A stretch of DNA of 64,000 bases from a virus. Numbering within the stretch: the stretch's first letter is position 1; each line of letters opens with the position of its first letter. A program made the position numbers and the translations under genes. Shown piece by piece: positions 27,635-36,132 of this stretch. Under the pieces are notes generated by a model. That model was not told the origin of the DNA. It did no database searches and saw only the letters and a program-made list of their open reading frames with translations. Where the stretch lies: positions 32,001 to 96,000 of the IMG/VR virus record IMGVR_UViG_3300043446_003702. One strand, given 5' to 3'.

Positions 27635-28962
27635 AAACTGTTGTACCATTCGCTTAGTGCAGGAAAACACTGCATGAAATTTTTACCACGACGTTGATCA
27701 TATTGTGTGTAAAACTGTCGGAAATCATTCAACAGTTTGGGCCGATCAAAGGCTTCAGAGTGTGGAGTTTTGACCATATCAAGATAGTCTATCAAACGTT
27801 GCAGGTGATTGACTTCGTGCTCGTGCAAACCAGGATTGTGTTGATTGCGGTACAACCATTCTTGTAATTCTACTCTATACCGATTACGCAAACTATCAGG
27901 TAACACCAATGCACTTTGGAAACTAGGGAAGCGTAAGATATTTAATGTAAAACTCAATGCATCTCTACCGTACTCAATTTTCCACTGCAACATACATTCA
28001 AGAAAGTCTACTAGGCTATCCAAACACAGTGCATTTATGGTGCACATAACATGTATGCCACGGAACTGTGCCGAATCCAACAGTCGTTCTACATTGTTGG
28101 CCCAGTCGTCCCACACAAGGCCATCACGTATGTATTCGGCTTGCAGGCCCATGCTTTCGTTGCTGGTGTAAAGATCTATTGCCATGCCACGTGTGCTTGA
28201 CAACAGTTTATCTATGTCAACTGCGCTGCCAAGATTTGAGTTTATGGCCAGTCGTGTGGTTGACTTGCCCCGGTTGTTTTTAAACCAATCTATAAGTTGC
28301 CAGGTGTAACCTGACATCAAGGGTTCACCGCCGGTTATTCGGAGTTCTTGCAGTGTTCTGTGGAGGTCTCGTTCCCACCAGTCGAAGAAGGCCTCCACAT
28401 ACGGATTAGTCTCACCGAATTTATAAAGTTGACTATGATCATGAGTGTGAGTAAAATGGTTCCTACCATCGCTAACCAACCCGACATAGGGTCCATGCTT
28501 GCGTATATCATTGACCCAAGTGGAACTAAAAGCAGGATTGCAGTAAGAACAAGCAAATTGACAAGTACGATCGAAACTAATTTCGAGAGTTCTAAGATTG
28601 ACATCAGTTGTGACAGGAGTTTGTTTTGCTTCATGCAGGGCCTCTATGGGATAAATTTTACTTTTGTACACACGATCAGATATGGCATCACGATCCATGT
28701 CTTCTATCTTCCAGCAGTACTCACAGCCAGCGGGACGCTCACCACGGATCATCTGATCGCGATCTGCTTTTTTCTGATCAGTATTGTGCAACAGCCTAGA
28801 GTTGTTAGAGACTTTATCAATGTCAATCAAATGGGCTGGCGGGTGATGGCAACTTGTGGTCTGCCCACTTCCTAACCAAATGGTAGCGTTATACCATTTC
28901 GCTGCACAAAAACTGGCTGAGAGTTGGTCTAATACAGTGTGTTTAAATTCTAAGTCATTCAT
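27631..28962 (-). CDS. Radical SAM protein (subfamily B)
   Basis: CAAKW...SCHHPP...CEYCW, then CQFACSYC and TGGEP. Confidence 0.88.
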   Translation of the reverse strand: MNDLEFKHTVLDQLSASFCAAKWYNATIWLGSGQTTSCHHPPAHLIDIDKVSNNSRLLHNTDQKKADRDQMIRGERPAGCEYCWKIEDMDRDAISDRVYKSKIYPIEALHEAKQTPVTTDVNLRTLEISFDRTCQFACSYCNPAFSSTWVNDIRKHGPYVGLVSDGRNHFTHTHDHSQLYKFGETNPYVEAFFDWWERDLHRTLQELRITGGEPLMSGYTWQLIDWFKNNRGKSTTRLAINSNLGSAVDIDKLLSSTRGMAIDLYTSNESMGLQAEYIRDGLVWDDWANNVERLLDSAQFRGIHVMCTINALCLDSLVDFLECMLQWKIEYGRDALSFTLNILRFPSFQSALVLPDSLRNRYRVELQEWLYRNQHNPGLHEHEVNHLQRLIDYLDMVKTPHSEAFDRPKLLNDFRQFYTQYDQRRGKNFMQCFPALSEWYNSL

Positions 28963-30055
28963 TTATGTACTGTGCCAATCTTGCAGGCAATTCTGCTCGT
29001 TCCCTGCGATTGTGTTCACGCAGTTGTTGATAGTTGTGTTTGCATACCGATCGTGCAGCCTGTAAAAAATCAGCAGCACCATTGTAACATATATCGTTGA
29101 CTGTGTCAACTATTCTATCTGCACGTGAGGTGGGATCATCTATTTGGTCAAATGATTCGTCTATCAAATGTCCAAATGTTTGAAATCCTGACTCGTGTAA
29201 ATCTCTGTAATATCCGCGATTGGCCGCTGCCACAAATGGGTGTCCCATGATCATGGGCTTCCAAATTTTTTCTGTGCGAAATGTATATGGGTAATCAAAT
29301 ATTGTTTCTGTGACCACTGAAAAATATGTGTCAATATATGGCGCAGGATTGACTTCAGCATCACCCCAGGTGTTGCCAAACAAGTGATGTTTTATAAATC
29401 CTGTGGGCACGTTTTGCATGTTGGGCAGTGCACGATCAATTTCGTATTCTGGGGGCAATAATCTAATGGGTTCTAAATCGCCAGTTTGTAAGCAACTACT
29501 CCAGGCCATTTCCACACGATCATTGAGGTTTGTCCACAGTGCTCGATCCAACAGCCCACGCGATCTAAATGCATCTATCAAGTATTTGCGATGTGGTCGT
29601 AGTCTGCCGTTTAGGAACAAAAAATCATAGGGTTTGTTTTGTTTATGATACACCTGCGGATAAGATTCATGTGCACGTATGTTTTCCAGATACTCTACAA
29701 TGTTGGAGAAGTAACAGTCTGTTTTACAATAGTTCCAACCAGGTTCTAAATCACCTGATGTCAACAATCCAATACGGCCATCACGCACATAGTCAGTGAT
29801 TACCAGTCTGCGCAGTTGTAACAATATTGTTTCACTGCCTTCAGCAGGATTTGAAAAAACAATATGTCCAGGATATTTGGTAGCCCAGTCAGTGATGGCT
29901 ACCCAGTTTTCTTTTAGTACCACTCGGCCTACAATGTAAATTGCTTGAGGGTCTAATTCATTGGGCCATTGCCAAAAACTGCCATCTGCTGAAGACTTGA
30001 GTAGATCCCAAACTTCGGCCCATTCATCCACGATGATTTTACGATTGCCTAGCAT
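28955..30055 (-). CDS. GT-B/GT10-like protein, paralog 4
   Basis: FLFLNGR.R.HR, FSVVTET...RTEKIWKPM..GHPF...GFQTF..LIDESFD. Confidence 0.55.
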   Translation of the reverse strand: MLGNRKIIVDEWAEVWDLLKSSADGSFWQWPNELDPQAIYIVGRVVLKENWVAITDWATKYPGHIVFSNPAEGSETILLQLRRLVITDYVRDGRIGLLTSGDLEPGWNYCKTDCYFSNIVEYLENIRAHESYPQVYHKQNKPYDFLFLNGRLRPHRKYLIDAFRSRGLLDRALWTNLNDRVEMAWSSCLQTGDLEPIRLLPPEYEIDRALPNMQNVPTGFIKHHLFGNTWGDAEVNPAPYIDTYFSVVTETIFDYPYTFRTEKIWKPMIMGHPFVAAANRGYYRDLHESGFQTFGHLIDESFDQIDDPTSRADRIVDTVNDICYNGAADFLQAARSVCKHNYQQLREHNRRERAELPARLAQYINE

Positions 30056-31436
30056 GGTATGCACACTCCTCCCACCAGCTGCGCATTTCTGGAAATGTCT
30101 TTAAAAAATCTGTGCCACGTCTGCTATCATGTTCATAGAAAAAACGATAAAAGTCTGCTTTGGCTGCGGCATGGTCCATATGTTGTTGCGACCTCATCCA
30201 AGCAATGTCACGATCCAGTCTGTGCAGTTCATAGTCTTTGAATCCTTTAAACGGCGCCTCGTCAGTTTCAATTTGTCGTATCATCCATGCCCATAATAGT
30301 TCCAATCGATCAGCATAACTTTCAGGCAAGATTTGTAGACTTTGCCAAGCAGGCTCACGCAACACCGGTGTGTCAAACCACACACGTTGATAGGTGTTGC
30401 TGTAGACTTTTCTCAAACCCAGGATACCTGCAAACAACTGATCTAATGTTGTCACATTGAGATTGTTCATTGTGACAATAAATGTAAGGCTTGAATAATT
30501 AGGAACTTCAGTCAAAAATTGATTTACTCTGTCCCACAGCAAGTTGAAATCCAATCCATGTCTGATGTACTCTGCCTGCGCACCCCATGCATCCAAACTC
30601 ACATACTGCATGAAGTGTTCGATACGTCCGTCACATATTTGTTTGACATACCCCAAATACTTTTGCCATGATTTTTCGTCTACCGAAAAGTTACTGGTCA
30701 CATTCAAATGTAACTTAGGACTGGGATTTTCAATCACGTAATCAAACACACGATAGGTGTTTTTATCCAACAGTGGTTCTCCACCGGTCATGCGAAAATG
30801 TTCTAGGTGAGGGTACAGGTCTGGCCACCATTGCCAGAAGGCCTCAACATAAGGATTTGTTTCTCTTGATGGAATAGTTCTACGACTACCCACAAAGTGC
30901 TCAGGAGCATTGTGTGGCACAGCAGTAGGGTAAGCACCCAGGCGTGATACTTCATCTGCCCACGAACTTGAAAACTGAGGGCTGCAATAACTGCACTGGA
31001 GATTGCAAGCATGATTAAAATTAACTTCAACATAAGTGGGAATGACATTTTCTTCTCCTGTGCTATTTTTAATTGATTCAAAGTCTATGGCTGCCCAAGG
31101 TTCGCCTGATCTGTAGTGCCTATCACTTAGTTTGTTCTGGTCTTCCATGTTCCAGCAATATTGACATTCTGAGGGACGCTCACCTGCCAACATCAATCGA
31201 CGTTGTTGTTTTTTATAATCAGTATTGTGTAGCGCAGAAACATCTATAGCAATTTCCGCAGGATCAATTGGGTGTAGTGGAGGATGATAACATGAATTGT
31301 TCATGCCTGTGGTAAGATGTAGGCTCACCTGCTTCCATTTGGCCAGGCATAGAGCAGGGCCCAATTGAGTTTTCATATGTTCGGCAGAGCTAAGAAATTT
31401 GCTCTTGTTATACACTGACTTATCACCTTTGTTCAT
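30039..31436 (-). CDS. Radical SAM protein (subfamily B)
   Basis: CLAKW...SCYHPP...CQYCW, then CNLQCSYC and TGGEP. Confidence 0.88.
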   Translation of the reverse strand: MNKGDKSVYNKSKFLSSAEHMKTQLGPALCLAKWKQVSLHLTTGMNNSCYHPPLHPIDPAEIAIDVSALHNTDYKKQQRRLMLAGERPSECQYCWNMEDQNKLSDRHYRSGEPWAAIDFESIKNSTGEENVIPTYVEVNFNHACNLQCSYCSPQFSSSWADEVSRLGAYPTAVPHNAPEHFVGSRRTIPSRETNPYVEAFWQWWPDLYPHLEHFRMTGGEPLLDKNTYRVFDYVIENPSPKLHLNVTSNFSVDEKSWQKYLGYVKQICDGRIEHFMQYVSLDAWGAQAEYIRHGLDFNLLWDRVNQFLTEVPNYSSLTFIVTMNNLNVTTLDQLFAGILGLRKVYSNTYQRVWFDTPVLREPAWQSLQILPESYADRLELLWAWMIRQIETDEAPFKGFKDYELHRLDRDIAWMRSQQHMDHAAAKADFYRFFYEHDSRRGTDFLKTFPEMRSWWEECAYHARQS

Positions 31437-31998
31437 ATATCATTTGTTGTATGTTATTAAAAAGATGTTGCATACCATGGCTGTTAAGATGACCGTCAGA
31501 CAATCGCATTCGTGGATGTATTACAGGATAATACATATTGGCATCAACTGCTCTTCTTTCCCAAGAGAAAAACACAGAAATCTTATTGTATTTTTCACAC
31601 ATTGACTTTAAACTAGACACTAAAAAATCACTGTAAAGGCCAGCAAATTTAGTATCATGAATCGCATAAAACAATTTGTGAAAATCAGTGTAAATGTCTG
31701 ACAAAATTTTTGTGTCCTTTTCAAAAGGCAGTTCTGTCACAGTCCTGAAAGGCAACAAATCTATATCATAATTGCCATATTTTAAATAACTTCTAGATGA
31801 GTATGTCCAACCCAATACAATGACGTCACATTCCTGAAAATTCTGGTAGGTGTCAAGTGCAATGGCTAAATTAGATTTGCCCGGACGAGCTTTATTCACT
31901 ACCTCATACTCATTTTGCCATAATGCGGCCAGTGTTTCTGATTGTTGCAATCCTAGACCATAGGTAAAACTACATCCATCAAGATATAATTTCTTCAT
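31423..31998 (-). CDS. SGNH/GDSL-like hydrolase or acyltransferase fold protein
   Basis: Block I-like LDGCSFTYG, block II-like NKARPGKSN and C-terminal DGHLN. Confidence 0.6.
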   Translation of the reverse strand: MKKLYLDGCSFTYGLGLQQSETLAALWQNEYEVVNKARPGKSNLAIALDTYQNFQECDVIVLGWTYSSRSYLKYGNYDIDLLPFRTVTELPFEKDTKILSDIYTDFHKLFYAIHDTKFAGLYSDFLVSSLKSMCEKYNKISVFFSWERRAVDANMYYPVIHPRMRLSDGHLNSHGMQHLFNNIQQMIYEQR

Positions 31999-32966
31999 TA
32001 CCAGCCTTCTTGCTCACGAATAACATCTATCTCTCTAGTCATTACACCACGATTTTGCCAGTTACTGAGATAATGTTGTTTGAAAAAACGGCTTTGTTCA
32101 CCTTCATAAATCATCATTGGTAAGTCTAATTGATGATATAATTCATCTGCCACACGTCCTGCCAGCAACCTTGGATCACTATCCTCTACAGTTTTCCAAA
32201 TTTCTGCCAAAGCGTCAAAGTCTTGTACTTCACGATGGTCCCAGTTGGTAAGCATGGTCATGTATGTGCCCTGTCTAGCACCGGCCATGGCCCACTGTCC
32301 GTTGTTGACGTCAGCACCGATGTTGTGCCATATGGTAAGGTTGTCCAGATTACGTTGATGCACACGATCTTGAAACTCAGACACTGTGGGTCGAGCGCCT
32401 TTGTTGAGACACATTTTTACCCCTTCGCGGAATCCTGCACGCCAGGCTTGAAAAGGTGAACCATTGGGATATGTGGTTGAGTAGCAATCATGCATGGCCC
32501 AGTACAATGGATCAAAACAAAACTCAACTTCTGTTTCAGTTCTGCCATCTGTGGCTTCGTGTGTGCGCATGTTCTTTACAAATTCTCGTGTCCATGAACT
32601 TAGGCCACCATTGCCATACCTAAGTCCATTGATGTGATTGCGGGCACGCCAACGGTACACGGCTTGCTCCCACTCTGGAGTCTCAAATGTCAATGTTTGA
32701 TTGAAAAACTCAGCAGTGGGCAAATTGTCACCATCAATCAAGATAAATCGTTCAGTGGCACTGGCAGCGGCAGCGGCTTTGTGTGCTGCATCTGATCCTT
32801 TGACACCATCTACTCTGGTGGCCCAGGGCACCATGTTCTTGATCAATAACCAATTTTCTTCTCGATCAGGCTCATCATAAGTTAGATAAATGCAGTCTAA
32901 ATCTGCAACGTCAATTTGATTCATAAGTTCTTTTGCTCCAGCGAGTATGAGGTTGGTCCTCGGCAA
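31998..32966 (-). CDS. GT-A fold glycosyltransferase-like protein
   Basis: CIYLTYDE, AHKAAA and FILIDGD (DxD). Confidence 0.65.
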   Translation of the reverse strand: MPRTNLILAGAKELMNQIDVADLDCIYLTYDEPDREENWLLIKNMVPWATRVDGVKGSDAAHKAAAAASATERFILIDGDNLPTAEFFNQTLTFETPEWEQAVYRWRARNHINGLRYGNGGLSSWTREFVKNMRTHEATDGRTETEVEFCFDPLYWAMHDCYSTTYPNGSPFQAWRAGFREGVKMCLNKGARPTVSEFQDRVHQRNLDNLTIWHNIGADVNNGQWAMAGARQGTYMTMLTNWDHREVQDFDALAEIWKTVEDSDPRLLAGRVADELYHQLDLPMMIYEGEQSRFFKQHYLSNWQNRGVMTREIDVIREQEGW

Positions 32967-33246
32967 CGATTACAGCGACATTGTCAGGATGACAAGGGGT
33001 GCCACTGTTGCCGGGGACCAATTTTGCAGTGGTTGCCCATGTTACTTCAATTATCTTTCCATCACGTACACGCACATTGGAATTGCGGCGACGATATTCT
33101 TCTGGTGTTACCTCAATATATGTACCGGGCTCATCAGCCATGCTGTAGAATAGTGGAACACCATTGTCATTGTAGTATAATCTATAAAATGGTTGTTGTG
33201 GTTCAGGCACGGCTTGAAACAGTGCAATTAATTCTTCAGAAGTCAT
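32911..33246 (-). CDS. Hypothetical protein
   Basis: ATGA-coupled start at 33246 (MTSEELIALF...YRLYYN..G). Confidence 0.65.
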   Translation of the reverse strand: MTSEELIALFQAVPEPQQPFYRLYYNDNGVPLFYSMADEPGTYIEVTPEEYRRRNSNVRVRDGKIIEVTWATTAKLVPGNSGTPCHPDNVAVIVAEDQPHTRWSKRTYESN

Positions 33247-34010
33247 GCTTGCCACTCTTTGACATGGTAATGAAACGCACCTGTTTGCGGCACAGTTTGT
33301 ATACGTAGTCTCCAGTCCTGGTATTCCCAAACAAGTTCATTGAGCCAGGCTTCGGTGTTGGTACCTGCTATGTGTCTTTTCATGTGTGCAATTTTTGGGT
33401 ATGTGCTAAATGGCATTGTAACTCGTTCTGGTCCCATGATTTGGGCAACCATGGCATATACCAAATCAGTAGATGGCACTTCATCGGCAAACTTTAGCAG
33501 TTTCTTGAACTCTGGCCAATTGGCAAATATTTGTTTCACCCAACCAAAAAATTCATGAGCAGTTTCACTGCGTCGCCAGTATGTAATGGCATTGTACACA
33601 TCAGGCAAATTGTTGATATCAAACACACGTCGATAGTGTCGTGCTGTGCTGACGTTGTCTTTCCAATCTCTACAGCCTGTGGATATCACGACATCACGAT
33701 GTCTAAATTGTGTCCACCAGTGGTCAATGGGACTCACTATCAGCATGTCTGCTTCTAGTTTGATGGTTTCGCGAAATGGTGTGAGAGCAAACAGTTGTGC
33801 ATCATTGGCATAGGGATTGGCCATGGGTATAATCTGTCTGTGATGATCAAACAAGGAATCAATGTCGGGACTGTCTGTGATTAGACAAATCCTCGCATTT
33901 TTATCCCAGTAGCGTATGGTCTTGGCCAAGGTGCGGGCACAGTCAATATAGTTCACTGTGTCGCTGTTGACTGCTACAATCACATAACCTTGTTCATCCA
34001 GTGGCTGCAA
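33243..34010 (-). CDS. GT-A (GT8-like) glycosyltransferase
   Basis: QGYVIVA...Y...A..LA..I, TPFRETIKLEADML and STD. Confidence 0.65.
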   Translation of the reverse strand: MQPLDEQGYVIVAVNSDTVNYIDCARTLAKTIRYWDKNARICLITDSPDIDSLFDHHRQIIPMANPYANDAQLFALTPFRETIKLEADMLIVSPIDHWWTQFRHRDVVISTGCRDWKDNVSTARHYRRVFDINNLPDVYNAITYWRRSETAHEFFGWVKQIFANWPEFKKLLKFADEVPSTDLVYAMVAQIMGPERVTMPFSTYPKIAHMKRHIAGTNTEAWLNELVWEYQDWRLRIQTVPQTGAFHYHVKEWQA

Positions 34011-34815
34011 CTATGGCCTCCAGGTGCTTTTTACACATAGCATGAAAGTCTATGCCTGCCCAACTCATGGTTTTGAGTCGGCCTTCTGTGTTGGTGTACG
34101 TAACTTCATAATGATCCTGTTCAACACAGGTCAACCCGTGTTCTGGCATGACGTTCATCATGGGCATGAATATCTCATGCACTGATTGGTCGGCACCTGC
34201 TACCAGCCCAAGAGCAATGCTCAATGCATAGTCATTACGATAGTTGGTTTCATGAATACCATATAAGTCTCGGTAGTGCTGCCAGTTGTTTCGTATCATT
34301 TGCATTGAATCAAATATGTATTGGCTAATATTGCCACGACGAAACATCATCACAGTTGCCCACCACATGGGCATGTTGTGTGCGCCAAATGTGGCAAGAT
34401 TCATCATGCTGGCAGGATCAAATGATTCCCGGAAGGCTGCAAATTGTTGCGGTAGTGCCAACAAGTCCAATAACTTATTGCTGGCCACAACATAGTCAGC
34501 ATCCAGTACTATGGTTTGATCAAACGGAGATAACTCATAGGCATTGATTCGTCCAGCATTGTGCCAGGTCACCGTGGTGCCGTAGTCTGCAAAATGTCTT
34601 GTACCGCCGGTGTCTGCCACAGTTGCAATGATATGTTCAAATTCATATTGTGCAGCCGCTCCGGGAGCATCTGTGATCACTGCCACAGGCAAGTGTAAAT
34701 GGCGACGAACGTTCTTTGCACTCCATGCTGCCATGGCAATGTAGTCTGTGGCTTCATTGTTGAATGCAAAGATTACAACACCTTGACTCAGCGTTTTTTG
34801 TTTAGTTCGTCCCAT
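33994..34815 (-). CDS. GT-A (GT8-like) glycosyltransferase; start uncertain (34848, 34815 or CTG 34791)
   Basis: QGVVIFA...Y..MA..SA, SPFDQTIVLDADY, WATVMMF, RND and H.M.K. Confidence 0.7.
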   Translation of the reverse strand: MGRTKQKTLSQGVVIFAFNNEATDYIAMAAWSAKNVRRHLHLPVAVITDAPGAAAQYEFEHIIATVADTGGTRHFADYGTTVTWHNAGRINAYELSPFDQTIVLDADYVVASNKLLDLLALPQQFAAFRESFDPASMMNLATFGAHNMPMWWATVMMFRRGNISQYIFDSMQMIRNNWQHYRDLYGIHETNYRNDYALSIALGLVAGADQSVHEIFMPMMNVMPEHGLTCVEQDHYEVTYTNTEGRLKTMSWAGIDFHAMCKKHLEAIVAATG

Positions 34816-35096
34816 TCCACTTTCCATGCGTTCATTTGTTCTTGCCAACGTTCGTGCGCTAGAGCAAACAAGTCTGTCACTGTGATCCGTACCGGAGTTT
34901 CATACAAGTCCAACAACACAACATCTTTATCTTGTGCGCAGGCCAGCAGTGTGGTCAGCAAGTCGGGACCAGCACGCCACATGCCACCCCCGTGTGCAAA
35001 AACCATTTTTGACTCGTATTTTTCTTTGAGCACCCGTCTTGCGGCTGCATGATCAAATCGTGCTCGTGCGTGAGCTACTAGGGCTTCAGTATCCAT
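34788..35096 (-). CDS. Hypothetical protein, first gene of the modification operon
   Basis: 102 aa; GGMWRA and VLLDLYETPVRI. Confidence 0.7.
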   Translation of the reverse strand: MDTEALVAHARARFDHAAARRVLKEKYESKMVFAHGGGMWRAGPDLLTTLLACAQDKDVVLLDLYETPVRITVTDLFALAHERWQEQMNAWKVEWDELNKKR

Positions 35097-35101
35097 AGTG
35101 T

Positions 35102-35130
35102 ATTATATAGAGAAAGTGGGAAAAAGTAAA
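35102..35130 (-). promoter_or_regulatory. Sigma70-type promoter for the leftward operon
   Basis: On the minus strand, TTTACT-17 nt-TATAAT, 5 nt before the ATG at 35096. Confidence 0.6.
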
Positions 35131-35148
35131 GGGGCTGTTGCCCCTTTT
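35121..35148 (-). terminator. Rho-independent terminator after the tail-fibre genes
   Basis: Minus strand AAAGGGGC-AACA-GCCCCTTT-ACTTTTT. Confidence 0.75.
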
Positions 35149-35150
35149 GG

Positions 35151-36119
35151 TTACACTGTTGTGGCAGCCACTGTGGGAGTTCCCCAGGTGTTGGTAAGAT
35201 AGGTTGTTTCTGGTGGAAAATACGTCACAATAGTACAAGGAGCTGTGCCTGGGGTGGCTCCTGTTGGCGCTGTACCACCAGTAATTGGATCAGGATTGCC
35301 CGGGCCCACATCATTAGCTGACCAAAGTGTGGTGATTACTAGAGTGGTTGAAGCGGCACCTTTGGCAATGCTGTGCTGAATGAAATTGGTAGTATAAGGT
35401 GCTGTGTCAGCAAACTGTTTATATACAATTGTAGCAGCAGCGCCGGCTACCAAAGCATCCCATCCGGTAGCGGTCAACAGTGTGTTTGGGGTACCTGTGC
35501 CACCAATTTTTGTGGTACCAGTATAGGCCACACCGGCAATGGTGTGACTGGTACCCAAACCAGAAATATAGATGTCACCGCATAAGTTGCCGGCCAAGTC
35601 ATTCCATTCGGGATCACCAGTGGCTCCTGTAGAACTTTTTGCTACGTCAATTTTAACTGTACCGCCTGCGTTGAAAAAATTTGTAGCCGCGGTGGCATTG
35701 GCAAATGTCACTGTGTTGGTAAAGGTAATAGTCCATGCAGCCCCCGAAGTGGCAGTGGTTTTAGAGTTGGTGCCAGTCCATGCAGTGTATTGTGTGCCTT
35801 GTGCATAGGCATTATAGCGATTGGTATAACAACTGGAGATGTCAGTGTTAACGTTGGCTAAAATATTAACGGTATTGCCTGCCTGAGGGGCTGTTCTTGC
35901 AGTGACAGTTGTGGGTTGATGCGCTGCCATGTTGGTTACGGTATTGACCAAAGTGGCCCATTGTGTTGCTGTCACTGTGTTGGCCGCTGCGGTAACAGTT
36001 GCCAGTGCGGTTTGCCCATATGTGGTGTTCCATGTGGCATTGATGTTGGCGCCAACAGTGTCGTTTACAAAACCATTGTAATCTGCTGCAAGAATTGTGC
36101 TACCTGATGAATATGTCAT
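35151..36119 (-). CDS. Virion structural protein, Thr/Ala/Gly-rich (tail fibre associated)
   Basis: MTYSSGSTI.A.DYN, VTA.QW..L and FFNAGG; lies in the tail module. Confidence 0.65.
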   Translation of the reverse strand: MTYSSGSTILAADYNGFVNDTVGANINATWNTTYGQTALATVTAAANTVTATQWATLVNTVTNMAAHQPTTVTARTAPQAGNTVNILANVNTDISSCYTNRYNAYAQGTQYTAWTGTNSKTTATSGAAWTITFTNTVTFANATAATNFFNAGGTVKIDVAKSSTGATGDPEWNDLAGNLCGDIYISGLGTSHTIAGVAYTGTTKIGGTGTPNTLLTATGWDALVAGAAATIVYKQFADTAPYTTNFIQHSIAKGAASTTLVITTLWSANDVGPGNPDPITGGTAPTGATPGTAPCTIVTYFPPETTYLTNTWGTPTVAATTV

Positions 36120-36132
36120 ATCTCGTTCCTAA

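Noticed and set aside
10276-31436. 7-deazaguanine/archaeosine DNA modification (radical SAM plus amidinotransferase)
   Set aside because: No FolE, QueD, QueC or DpdA is recognisable, the rSAMs are not QueE-like, and the amidinotransferase is pentein-type.
21384-31436. RiPP cluster with the 33-aa peptide as the rSAM precursor
   Set aside because: No RRE domain, protease or transporter is evident, and the context is dominated by sugar enzymes. Not strictly excluded.
10276-35096. A true aminoglycoside or saxitoxin biosynthetic cluster
   Set aside because: No cyclitol synthase, SxtA-like PKS, exporter or resistance gene is in the window; only the tailoring classes are shared.
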